Assembly: GCA_018266795.1 (NCBI GenBank)
Contig: JAFDZV010000047.1
Span: forward strand, 54,759-118,758
Source: Bacteroidota bacterium
Lineage (GTDB): Bacteria > Bacteroidota > Ignavibacteria > OLB7
Direction: 5' to 3'
Length of the DNA stretch: 64,000 nucleotides
Positions 45,469 through 54,646 of the stretch are shown one piece after another. Within the stretch, counting starts at the first letter, position 1. Each line of letters begins with the position of its first letter. The position numbers were made by a program, and so were the translations under genes. The notes under the pieces are model-generated. The model made no database searches, had not been told where the DNA came from, and saw nothing but the letters and a program-made list of their open reading frames with translations.

Positions 45469-45605
45469 GAAGGCTCTGTATCGAGGGATAGGAACAACGA
45501 TGCCTTCGGCCGGGAATTGGCCATCCCGACGTATCCCGTCCGAAGAATTGAAGCCGCGAAAGATACGGTGAGATTCTGGTGGAATAATCGCTGACCCGAT
45601 GGCGG

Positions 45606-46382
45606 CTACATCGATACGATCGGGAGTTCCAATACGGAAGTGCCTTGCCGAACAGTTGCTCTGTGTCCTGCGGCGGCGGGCATCTCATCGTACGTACGTT
45701 CGTCCAGGAGCCGGCCCGTGCGATCCTTGCGCACGCCACCCCACTGCTTGAAGAAGAACGGCACCTGGCGTCGGGCACACTGCCTGCGAATGGAATCAAC
45801 CCAGACGTACTGCATCGGCCGGGCACCCGGTCCGGACTCGCCGCCTACGATTACCCAGTGGATGCCCTTCAACGGAAGATGCGGCAACGGCCCGATGAGC
45901 GGTTCGCAGGAGAGGAAGCGGACGTGTGCCGGAGTGGCCTGGAGATCGTGAATGCGTGAACGTACCCGTTCATCCTCTACGCTCACACCCATCCAGATGT
46001 TCGCCGCCCAGGGCAGTTCGCCGCCGATCTCTCTCAGGCGTTCGCTGCGCTTTGTCAGGACCTGAAAGGTATGTTGCGGGCAGGCCACCATGGTTTCGAA
46101 CACCATGCGTATGAACTCGAAAGGGATATCCTTGTGGAACAGATCGCTCATGGAGTTCACGAAGATTACCCGCGGCTGCCGCCAACGTCTGGGAGCATCT
46201 ATCAAGTCATCGTGCAGTGTCACTGCAAACTCGTTGCGATAGCGATCCGATCCCATCGCCTTCAATCGCCTTGCCATACGCTCGGCATAGCAGTGCTTGC
46301 ATCCCTGGCTGAGCTTGGTACAGCCGGTGACGGGATTCCACGTGGCCTCCGTCCACTCGATGCTCGATGAACCCGCCATCAT
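45606..46382 (-). CDS. DUF5131 / phage Gp37-Gp68 family three-Cys-motif protein
   Basis: [32 protein letters not shown] (C-x6-C-x2-C) at the N-terminus is the family hallmark. Start abuts the TcmP stop with zero gap. Local GC is lower than the backbone. Confidence 0.85.
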   Translation of the reverse strand: MMAGSSSIEWTEATWNPVTGCTKLSQGCKHCYAERMARRLKAMGSDRYRNEFAVTLHDDLIDAPRRWRQPRVIFVNSMSDLFHKDIPFEFIRMVFETMVACPQHTFQVLTKRSERLREIGGELPWAANIWMGVSVEDERVRSRIHDLQATPAHVRFLSCEPLIGPLPHLPLKGIHWVIVGGESGPGARPMQYVWVDSIRRQCARRQVPFFFKQWGGVRKDRTGRLLDERTYDEMPAAAGHRATVRQGTSVLELPIVSM

Positions 46383-47273
46383 CTACCCATTGTCAAGTAT
46401 ATGTCCTGCAATCTTCAGAGCCGCATCCTGTACACTCTTCTTGGGGCTTGCCGTTGCGAAGCAAAGTACGAACAACGGCCCATTGATCGAGTTGTAGAGA
46501 ATCATTGGTTTATTACAGACAGCCGGAAAGATGGTCTTCAAACGCTCCACGATGAATTGGCGGATACGTTCAAGGGTCGTGCTCCGACGTGTCGCGTCGT
46601 CGCTGAATATCGATAACTGTTCAGTCGAGTAGAAAACGGACTGCCACGTATCGATACCAATCACATGCGTAATCCGGTTTGCCCATGCCGCTGGTGGCGG
46701 CCCCTGCCTTGTCAACATACGGTTGAAGGCCATGTAGGGGAACAGGTACCACAGATCAATCGCTTTTGTCCGAGCAATTGCCTCGACCGTATCCCAGGCC
46801 ACTTGCATGCCATAGGGATCGAGAAAGACAACGGCTCGCGTGCGCGACCAGTTCGTCTCCGCACAATACTTTGCAAGGTAAACATTCGCATCGGAGCGCT
46901 CGATGACAATGCGATCCGAGAGAGCAGGGAATTCCTCACGAAGCTTCTCGAGCTCCAGCGTGTGAGTTTCCTTTTGGTCAATGAAGATGTATTTGTCGAA
47001 CGGCTGCGCAAGGCCCAATGCAATGGCTGGGCTTCCTTTCAGATACGCAGTTGCCTCGTGGTCGAGTGAGGGTTCATCGAAGAGAGATGCTGACGTTGAA
47101 TTGGTCTCCATCGTACGATAGCCCGTGCCTGCAAATGCGTCGATGTAAACCGTCGAGAACCAGGGATGCCTACGCAGAATCGTCATGTATGCATCCAGAT
47201 ATTTTTTCAGACATGTCAGCTTTTGCTCCGTCCAGGGGCCACCGAATTCATGCCTGTGATGATCGTGCGACAT
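46383..47273 (-). CDS. tcmP: Three-Cys-motif partner protein TcmP
   Basis: GGPWTEQKLTCLKKYLDAYMTIL...VYIDAFAGTGY (methyltransferase motif-I-like)...AVVFLDPYGMQ (motif-IV-like) fit the TcmP family, which is defined by adjacency to DUF5131. Start taken at internal ATG 47273 (the track ORF extends to 47384). About 50% GC, versus about 65% for the flanking genes. Confidence 0.8.
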   Translation of the reverse strand: MSHDHHRHEFGGPWTEQKLTCLKKYLDAYMTILRRHPWFSTVYIDAFAGTGYRTMETNSTSASLFDEPSLDHEATAYLKGSPAIALGLAQPFDKYIFIDQKETHTLELEKLREEFPALSDRIVIERSDANVYLAKYCAETNWSRTRAVVFLDPYGMQVAWDTVEAIARTKAIDLWYLFPYMAFNRMLTRQGPPPAAWANRITHVIGIDTWQSVFYSTEQLSIFSDDATRRSTTLERIRQFIVERLKTIFPAVCNKPMILYNSINGPLFVLCFATASPKKSVQDAALKIAGHILDNG

Positions 47274-47395
47274 TGATGTAAAGGGAAATGTATATGAGGA
47301 AGGGTCGGCATAATGCCGGTGCGTGTGATGCTGAAACAGGGCTTGGGAGCGCCCTGAAAATACAATGATCGCAGGGAGATTCACTAGCTTGCCTC

Positions 47396-48283
47396 ATGAC
47401 CCAACCCCGGAGCAACGAAGCTTCCGCCGCACCTGCGGCTGCGAGCCTGGAGGAAGCCTATCGGCACTGCGCGGCGATAACGCGCGCGCACTACGAGAAC
47501 TTTCCGGTTGGTTCGATGCTGGTTCCCAGGGACCTGCGCAGGCACTTCTACAGCGTCTATGCCTACAGCCGCGGAGCGGACGACATTGCCGATGAAGGGA
47601 GGCGTTCCGTTCAGGAGCGGCTGGCGCTGCTGGATGACTGGGAGAACAATCTCGTGGAGGCCATTGATGGAAGCGCCACACATCCGGTGTTCGTAGCGCT
47701 CGGGGCCACGATTGCCGATCGCGGGTTACCAACCCAGCCGTTGCGCGATCTGCTCACAGCCTTTCGTCTCGACGCCCGGAACCAGGGGTATGCCACCTAC
47801 GAAGATTTGCTGAGCTACTGCCGCTGTTCGGCGAACCCGGTCGGGCGGCTGGTGCTGGCAATCTTCGGCCTCCTCACGCCGGGACGAGCGCGTCTCTCCG
47901 ACGAGATCTGCACGGCGCTGCAGCTTGCAAACTTCTGGCAGGATATCTCCGTGGATCTTCCGCGAGGCAGGATCAATGTGCCGCGGGAAACACTGGAACG
48001 CTTCGGGTGTTCCGTTGATGACCTGCGCGCCGGCCGCCTCTCTCCCGCAGTGCGCGCCATGCTGGAGCATCTGGTTGCCGATGCACAGATGCGTTTTGCG
48101 GCGGGGCGTGTACTTCTGCCGACGATTCCGGTTCGCCGGCTCCGCTGGGAGCTCGGCGCGGTGACGGCTGGGGGAGAACGTATCCTGAGGAAAATCCAGG
48201 CGAGCGGCTACGACGTATTCAGGCACAGACCCTCTCTTGGTCTGCTGGACAAGGTTGCCATGCTCGCGGGGGTCTTCAGGTGA
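47396..48283 (+). CDS. hpnC: Squalene/phytoene synthase family protein, HpnC-like (hydroxysqualene synthase)
   Basis: HYENFPVGSMLVP near the N-terminus (HpnC hallmark). Asp-rich motif YSRGADDIADEG. Trans-isoprenyl diphosphate synthase head-to-head fold. Confidence 0.75.
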   Translation: MTQPRSNEASAAPAAASLEEAYRHCAAITRAHYENFPVGSMLVPRDLRRHFYSVYAYSRGADDIADEGRRSVQERLALLDDWENNLVEAIDGSATHPVFVALGATIADRGLPTQPLRDLLTAFRLDARNQGYATYEDLLSYCRCSANPVGRLVLAIFGLLTPGRARLSDEICTALQLANFWQDISVDLPRGRINVPRETLERFGCSVDDLRAGRLSPAVRAMLEHLVADAQMRFAAGRVLLPTIPVRRLRWELGAVTAGGERILRKIQASGYDVFRHRPSLGLLDKVAMLAGVFR

Positions 48284-48442
48284 TGCCCTGCGGATTATCG
48301 CATGGTTACGTTAGAGGAACCTGTCTGTGCGTCTTATCGCAGGTGCCGCGAGGGGCGGGCGGTGCACGTACAATCTCTGCCCTTGCCTGGGAAGGGAAAT
48401 TTTGCTTATATCACTCCCCGGACTGAAGCGAACAGACCAGTG

Positions 48443-49357
48443 ATGCCGAACCTGGTGGTTTCCGATATCGACCAAGGCGCTCTGCTGCTTCAGCAGTCGA
48501 AGACCAATTTCTACTATTCCTTTTCGCTTCTCCCGCGTGATGAACGTGAGGCGATGCACTCGGTGTATGCGTTCTGCCGCTACGCGGACGATATCATCGA
48601 TGAGGAGGAGGTTGGCGCAGAGATTGTTGAGCCTACGCAAAGTGCGCTGCGCAAGCGCGAGCGGTTGAACCGTCTCCGAGTGGAGGTGGAACGCTGCTAC
48701 CGTGGGGAATCGCTGCATCCTATTCTGATGCCGCTCTCCTCCGTCGTGCGCCGGTTTCAGATCCCGAAGCAGTACTTCCTTACGCTGCTGGACGGGATGG
48801 AAATGGATCTGGTGAAGAACCGATACGCCACCTTCGAGGATCTGCGCGAATACTGCTACAGTGTTGCCTCCGTCGTGGGCCTGATCTGCATAGAGATCTT
48901 CGGCTATCAATACGAGGAGACCAAGGAGTATGCGGTGAATCTGGGGATCGCGCTGCAGCTGACGAACATCCTTCGCGATGTGAAGGCGGATGCGCAGCGC
49001 GGCCGGATCTATCTGCCGCAGGAGGATCTTCGCGCCTTCGGTTACCGCGAGGAGGATCTGATGGCGAACCGCTACAATCTCGCATTCATAGAGTTGATGC
49101 GGTACGAGACGCGCCGTGCCCGCGAGTTCTACGGCAAGGCGCGCGCCGCGCTCCGTGCCGATGAGCGCAAGACGATGTTTGCTGCGGAGATCATGGACGC
49201 GATCTACTACCGCATGCTGGAGAAGATCGAGCTGAACGAGTTCAACGTCTTCGGCAGAAAGAAGATCAGGGTAAGCACACCGCACAAGATCTGGATCGCG
49301 CTCAAGCTCTGGCTTGTGACGCGTGTGCTGACCAACAGAAAGACTCCTGCCCTGTGA
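48443..49357 (+). CDS. hpnD: Squalene/phytoene synthase family protein, HpnD-like (presqualene diphosphate synthase)
   Basis: Start at internal ATG (MPNLVVSDIDQGALLLQQSKTNFYYSFSLLPRDEREAMHSVYAFCRYADDIIDEEE). Tandem arrangement with the HpnC-like paralog is the HpnCD signature. Confidence 0.75.
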   Translation: MPNLVVSDIDQGALLLQQSKTNFYYSFSLLPRDEREAMHSVYAFCRYADDIIDEEEVGAEIVEPTQSALRKRERLNRLRVEVERCYRGESLHPILMPLSSVVRRFQIPKQYFLTLLDGMEMDLVKNRYATFEDLREYCYSVASVVGLICIEIFGYQYEETKEYAVNLGIALQLTNILRDVKADAQRGRIYLPQEDLRAFGYREEDLMANRYNLAFIELMRYETRRAREFYGKARAALRADERKTMFAAEIMDAIYYRMLEKIELNEFNVFGRKKIRVSTPHKIWIALKLWLVTRVLTNRKTPAL

Positions 49358-49398
49358 TGCCGGCTCGCCAAGCTACACCCCGAACCAAGGATCGCATC

Positions 49399-50472
49399 AT
49401 GAATGTTGCCGCGCTCCGTCTGTTTCTGGCAGCCCTTGCGGTTGTGCCGTTGATCGCCGGCTGTTCCAGCGAAGGGAGCACGGTGGTGGATCCCAACGCC
49501 GACAAGCGCGCGCAGATCTCGTTGTTCGCAGTGAGCAAAATGGATTCCAGCGATCTGGTTCGCTACAGCGAGCTGACCGAGACGTTCGACCCGAACGAGT
49601 TCGAGCGCGCCAATGGCATCTCGCTCAGCGGGCCGATCGATGCCATCTACAACTTCGAGACCAAGCTGTATCTGCATCAGCGTGACCAGGGAATGATCCG
49701 TGTTGTGGACCTTCAGACACGGAAGCTGCTTGGCACGGTGACCGGTTTCCCAACCAAGGCCGACGGCAGAATGTGCAGCATGGCCTTCAGCAATGCATCG
49801 CAGGCATGGGTGGTTTGCCATGGTTCGAAGAACCTCTATCAGGTGGATCTGCACTCCAACGTCATCTCCGATACCATACCGCTGCCGGCCGATCCCACAT
49901 TCGTCGGTACCATCGGCACACATGTCTTCGTCTGCATGCAGCTTCCGGACAGCACCGGCCAGATCGGCATCCTGGAGAGCAACAGCGGCGGCGTCTTCAC
50001 CATCAACAAGACACTCTCCGTCTCCTCGCCGGTGATCTTCGCCAGCCCGTCCACGTACGCCACGGACTACTTCTTCCTGACATCCGGAACCGCTTCCGGC
50101 ACGCCCGCCAAGACGTACTATCTCAATCTCGAGACGCTGGACATGCTGTACGATCTGGAGTTGGGGATTGTGCCGCTGGTGAACTATATCGGCATGGAGC
50201 CGACCTACGCTGCATATACCCGTTCGGAGAGTCTCTATCTGGCGCTTCCGTCTGCCGTGGTGCAGATCCCGTTCGGCGGTTATCCGACGGACTGGATTCC
50301 CGGCTACTATCCGGTGCTTGCGGCCGATCCCTACAGTGATCTTGTCTACGCCACGTCGCCGGATTCGCTGCAGGTGAAGCGCCGTGCATCCGACGGGACC
50401 GATCTGCCGGATCTTACCGCGCCCTCCCCCGTTCATTCGATATTCTTTCTCGGCGTCAATCGCGGGGAGTAA
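49399..50472 (+). CDS. Hypothetical lipoprotein
   Basis: Start at internal ATG. Lipobox LAALAVVPLIAGC. 357 aa. No family recognised. Confidence 0.7.
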   Translation: MNVAALRLFLAALAVVPLIAGCSSEGSTVVDPNADKRAQISLFAVSKMDSSDLVRYSELTETFDPNEFERANGISLSGPIDAIYNFETKLYLHQRDQGMIRVVDLQTRKLLGTVTGFPTKADGRMCSMAFSNASQAWVVCHGSKNLYQVDLHSNVISDTIPLPADPTFVGTIGTHVFVCMQLPDSTGQIGILESNSGGVFTINKTLSVSSPVIFASPSTYATDYFFLTSGTASGTPAKTYYLNLETLDMLYDLELGIVPLVNYIGMEPTYAAYTRSESLYLALPSAVVQIPFGGYPTDWIPGYYPVLAADPYSDLVYATSPDSLQVKRRASDGTDLPDLTAPSPVHSIFFLGVNRGE

Positions 50473-50621
50473 TCCGCGCCCGGGAGGGATGCCGTAGCCG
50501 CCCCGGTTCACGACCCACAGCCGCGGAGAGTTGCCGAACGCCTCGCACGATTGTATCATGCGGGGCGTTTCGTTTTCGGGCCGTCGCGTCAGGGACGGCA
50601 TTTCAATGCGACCTTTTCCTC

Positions 50622-52130
50622 ATGAGCGATACAACCGCACGCGCCGCACAATCGTGGCGATGGCTTCTGATGCTGATCCTGATCACATTCGTGCTGTATG
50701 TGTGGGGATTGAACATCTGGTATTACGGCGACGACTTCCAGTATCTCTATCGGAACCCCGCGGATCGGCTGCTCTACTTCTTCGGTCACCGTAATCTCTT
50801 CCACGGTTTCTACCGGCCGGTCAACTCCTCCATCATCGCGCTCACGCAGCTCTTTGCAGGACGTGAGACCTGGCCGATCCACCTCGTGAACATCTTGGTG
50901 CATGCTCTGCTTGCATGGCTTGTGTACCTGTTCATGCGGCGCGAGCGTTTCACGAACACCCAGGCGATGGTGGCTTCCATCTTCATGGCGTTCTCGCAGG
51001 AGAATGCCGGAGCGATCCTCAGCAACGATACCTTCTCGCAGATCTCCGGAACGTTTTTCGGCTGTCTTACGCTTTGGATGCTCTATCGTGGTTTCGTCGG
51101 GAGCATCGACGCGCCGCGTCCATCTTCGGCGCCGTTCCCGCTGCTCAGTTATCTGCTTGCGCTTGCAACGTTCGTTGTCTGCCTTGCCTCCAAGGAGACA
51201 AGCGTCTCCTTCCTTCCGATGGTGGGTGTCTTCTTTCTTGCCGCAGCGCCCGGAACAGATGCATGGGGTCGCCGCATTGCGAACGCCATACTGCGGTCGC
51301 TCCCGTTCCTGGCGATCACGCTCGCCTACATGTGGGTGCGTCTGCTGATAGGCCTCTCGCAGCCATCCACGAGCAACGACGGCACGTACGGTTTCCACTT
51401 CGGTTTCAACATCGTTCGGAACCTGGGGCAGTTCCTGTTTGCTGCCATCATTCCGGCGTCGAGTTCCACCACCTTCGTAGCCGTCCAACAGCGGCAGGTG
51501 GTAACTCTCAGCATCATTGCCGCCGCCTCGCTCGTCTTTCTGGTTGCCGTGGTCGTCGGGCTGATGCGCGGAGAGCGCAATCGTACGTATCTCCCGCTTG
51601 CGGCGTTCACCCTGCTGGGCCTGTTCCCCGCCGCGCTGATGAATCATGTCGGGGAGCTGTATCTCTACAACTCGATGCCGTTCATCTCCGTGTTCGTTGG
51701 TGCGGGGCTCGGCACACTTCTCGCACGCGGTTCCGGTATGCGCCGGTATATCGGGCTGGCGCTGCTGGCCGTACTGCTCGCGGTGCATGCGCAGGCGATC
51801 AATCAGAAGCGGACCGAGATGCAGCGCAACGGCGATCGTGCCCGCGCGTTGATGCCGAAGGTTCTCGCCTACATGCCGCAGGTGCCCCCCAACGGTCGTC
51901 TGCTTCTGTTGAATCCGCCTACGCGGGAGCCCGAGTACTCGATCTTCCTGATCAATGGGTACGATGTCTTCAAATGGGGAGAGCACGTCTTCCCGCAGGA
52001 GGGAGGGCGGCCCGATGTCACCGCGACAGTGATCGATCCGGAGGAGCTCTCCAAGCCGGAGTATCAATCCAATGCGTTGATCCTGACGCTGGCCCCGGGC
52101 GACTCCGTAACGGTGTACGGACGCCGGTAG
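50622..52130 (+). CDS. Polytopic membrane protein, glycosyltransferase family 39/83-like (PMT/ArnT-type)
   Basis: About 11 TM helices, with a conserved loop after the first TM helix (YYGDDFQYLYRNP). Soluble C-terminal about 120 aa. The antisense 626-aa ORF is rejected. Confidence 0.7.
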   Translation: MSDTTARAAQSWRWLLMLILITFVLYVWGLNIWYYGDDFQYLYRNPADRLLYFFGHRNLFHGFYRPVNSSIIALTQLFAGRETWPIHLVNILVHALLAWLVYLFMRRERFTNTQAMVASIFMAFSQENAGAILSNDTFSQISGTFFGCLTLWMLYRGFVGSIDAPRPSSAPFPLLSYLLALATFVVCLASKETSVSFLPMVGVFFLAAAPGTDAWGRRIANAILRSLPFLAITLAYMWVRLLIGLSQPSTSNDGTYGFHFGFNIVRNLGQFLFAAIIPASSSTTFVAVQQRQVVTLSIIAAASLVFLVAVVVGLMRGERNRTYLPLAAFTLLGLFPAALMNHVGELYLYNSMPFISVFVGAGLGTLLARGSGMRRYIGLALLAVLLAVHAQAINQKRTEMQRNGDRARALMPKVLAYMPQVPPNGRLLLLNPPTREPEYSIFLINGYDVFKWGEHVFPQEGGRPDVTATVIDPEELSKPEYQSNALILTLAPGDSVTVYGRR

Positions 52131-52175
52131 CCGGCATGACCTTCGTTCGGAGCATTCATTCAACACGCGGTTCCA

Positions 52176-52676
52176 ATGGGAAGTCCCTTCACGATACGAG
52201 AGCGAGTACGCTGGATAGATTGCGATGCCGCGCAGATCATCTACTACGGTGCGTACGCACGATTCTTCGAGATCGCCGAGACGGAGATGTACCGCTCCAT
52301 TGGGCTGCCGTATGCGGTGGCCTTCAGCCGCCTGCAGTGCTTCCCGATACGCGCGGCGTTTCATTGCGAGTACCGGCATCCGCCAACGGTGGATGATCCG
52401 ATGGAGATCGCGATCTGGGTAAGCCACTGGGGGAACACATCGTTCACGGTCTCCTTCCGGTTCACGCACGCGGAGAGCGGGGTGTTGCTGGCCGAAGGCT
52501 ACTGCCGGCAGGTGACGGTGGGGCTCGCGGACAAGAAGAAGCTTCCGATCCCGGATCTGCTGCGCACGGCGCTCGAACCCTACACGATGATCGCGGCGAC
52601 CGATGCGGCGGCGACCGATGCGGCGGCGACCGATGCGGCGGCATCCCCGCAGTTGGAAGATCGGTCTGCGCCGTGA
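52176..52676 (+). CDS. Acyl-CoA thioesterase (4HBT/YbgC-like hotdog fold) with C-terminal (AATDA)3 repeat
   Basis: WIDCDAAQIIYYGAYARFFEIAETEMYRSIGLPY hotdog thioesterase pattern. About 166 aa. Confidence 0.8.
   Translation: MGSPFTIRERVRWIDCDAAQIIYYGAYARFFEIAETEMYRSIGLPYAVAFSRLQCFPIRAAFHCEYRHPPTVDDPMEIAIWVSHWGNTSFTVSFRFTHAESGVLLAEGYCRQVTVGLADKKKLPIPDLLRTALEPYTMIAATDAAATDAAATDAAASPQLEDRSAP
52595..52640 (+). repeat. In-frame 15-nt tandem repeat (ggcgaccgatgcggc x3) encoding AATDAAATDAAATDA
   Basis: Seen directly, at the 3' end of the thioesterase CDS. Confidence 0.9.
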
Positions 52677-52866
52677 TACGATCTGCGTCGCGCGATAATG
52701 GCCGCGTCATCAAATCGAAAAATCTCCATAGCTTCGCGCTGCCAATTCAAGCCGGTGACGATGAACGGTTCGCGGCCACGGCATCGAGACGCCGTGGAGT
52801 CATCCCAACTCCTGCACGCGCGAGCACCGCTGCCGGCTTTTCCCCTGATGCTCTCAAGCAACCTTC

Positions 52867-53880
52867 ATGAATCGAAATCCTCTGGCTGTAACGCATCGCA
52901 GCGGACGCATCGATGCCCTGCATTACGGTTCCGTCGTTGTCACCGATCCCGCCGGCCGCATCCTCTACAGCGCCAACGATCCACACTATCCAACCTATCT
53001 CCGTTCATCCATCAAGATGATTCAGGCGCTGCCGGTGGTACTGAGCGGCGCGGTTGAACGTTTCGAATTCACCGACCGCGAGCTCGCAATCTGCTGTGCC
53101 AGCCATGTTGGTGCCGACTATCATCTGGCCACCGTTGCGGAGATGCTGCGGAAGATCGGACTCGACGAGCCCGACCTGGGCTGCGGCGCACACGAGCCGG
53201 ACGATCGCGCCGAACGCAAGCGCCTTCTCTGTTCGGAGAACGCTCCCACACAGCTGCACAACAACTGCTCCGGCAAGCACACCGGCATGCTTGCCGCCTG
53301 CGTTGCAAAGGGATGGCCTGTGGAGAGTTATCTGGAGATCGACCATCCGCTGCAGCAGTGGATACTGGATCTGATGGCGGAGCACTCCGGGATTCCGCGC
53401 CAGCAGATCGGCATCGGGATCGACGGCTGCTCGCTCCCTGCATTCTACATGCCGATCTCCGGCGTCAGCACGGCGCTGGCCCGGTTCGTTGCCGGTGCCG
53501 CCGATCCATCGAGCGCGGCGGGCCGCATCATGCATGCCGTCCGCACATATCCGGAGATGATCAACGATGTCGGCGGATTCGATTCGGAGATCATTCGCGC
53601 AACGAACGGGCGCGCGATTGCCAAGCGCGGCGCGATGGCGATCTTCGTTGTCGGAATCACCACGGAGAAATACGGACCGATTGGCGTGACGGTGAAGCTG
53701 GAGGATGGGAACATGGCGCCGATGCCGGTGGTGGTGATGAAGGTGCTCGAAGAGATGGAGGTGCTGACGGAGGAGGAGATCATCGCGTTGCGTCGCTTCC
53801 GTACGATTCCGCTGGCCAACTGGCGCGGGCTGGACGTTGGGGATGTGGCGGCGGACTTCAGCATCACGGCCTGGGAGTAG
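52867..53880 (+). CDS. Asparaginase (Asparaginase_II / Rhizobium-type thermolabile L-asparaginase family)
   Basis: Family motifs NCSGKHTGMLAAC, GIDGCSLP. 337 aa. Confidence 0.85.
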   Translation: MNRNPLAVTHRSGRIDALHYGSVVVTDPAGRILYSANDPHYPTYLRSSIKMIQALPVVLSGAVERFEFTDRELAICCASHVGADYHLATVAEMLRKIGLDEPDLGCGAHEPDDRAERKRLLCSENAPTQLHNNCSGKHTGMLAACVAKGWPVESYLEIDHPLQQWILDLMAEHSGIPRQQIGIGIDGCSLPAFYMPISGVSTALARFVAGAADPSSAAGRIMHAVRTYPEMINDVGGFDSEIIRATNGRAIAKRGAMAIFVVGITTEKYGPIGVTVKLEDGNMAPMPVVVMKVLEEMEVLTEEEIIALRRFRTIPLANWRGLDVGDVAADFSITAWE

Positions 53881-53899
53881 CGCCACCTGTGCCGTGCCG

Positions 53900-54286
53900 T
53901 CAGTTGTTGCTTGCCCCCTCCTGAATCCAGACGGCGATGCCGTGCGCCTGCGCCGGCGATACCAGATTGCCGATCAGAACATCGCGGTGCGGGAGCCGCT
54001 GTGTGACGATCTGCCAGAGGAGGCTGCTGGTGGAGTCGCCCGGATGGACGACACCGGGGGTCTGGAAGAGGCCGATGTACGAGGTGACGTAGATGTCCCC
54101 TGCACGATCGACATCGTTATGGCATCCGCTGTAGGCACATCCATACTCCAGCAGGGGCTGAACATGTCGGCCGAAGCTGACGTTCGATCCCGGAAAGACG
54201 ATGGCACCCGGGCTTGTTATGCCCGTATCGCATGCCGCAAGGGCAAGCGTCAGCACCGCAGGCAGCAGGAAGGCCGCCCACCGCAT
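53900..54286 (-). CDS. Small lipoprotein with PSCyt1-like segment and noncanonical C-x4-CH motif
   Basis: Start at internal ATG (MRWAAFLLPAVLTLALAAC lipobox). FGRHVQPLLEYGCAYSGCHN resembles the planctomycete cytochrome-c (PSCyt1) heme-site context, but with Cx4CH instead of CxxCH. Confidence 0.55.
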   Translation of the reverse strand: MRWAAFLLPAVLTLALAACDTGITSPGAIVFPGSNVSFGRHVQPLLEYGCAYSGCHNDVDRAGDIYVTSYIGLFQTPGVVHPGDSTSSLLWQIVTQRLPHRDVLIGNLVSPAQAHGIAVWIQEGASNN

Positions 54287-54646
54287 ACTACACACTGCTT
54301 TGCTACTGTTCATTGTCTCATGTTCCGTTCCATCCCCTCCACCTTGCGATGGCATGATCGCGTTGCCATGCGACTGCACAATCCACACATTCATGCGAAT
54401 CAATATCGTCGGCACCAGGCCGCGCCGCAAGTCGAAAGGAGGGGGGCCGGCCGGATCTCCGGGCATCGGGCGCTTCGGAGCCCGCGGGAATCGTTGGAGT
54501 CCCTGACAAAGCAGAATGCAATCCTCTTCCGCTCGGCCCTCCCTCGCAACTGAGCAACAGCCGGCCACTGGCGAGCGCACGAAGAAACGGACTCCCGGTT
54601 CCGAAAGGCCGCTGATAACGTGATCGGCCTTCCGGCAGGGGAACTC

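Noticed and set aside
50589-52469. 626-aa minus-strand ORF, and the 493-aa plus-strand alternate frame at 50915..52396
   Set aside because: The plus-strand frame starting at 50622 is strongly hydrophobic with about 11 TM helices and protein-like composition. The others are Arg/Glu-rich shadows.
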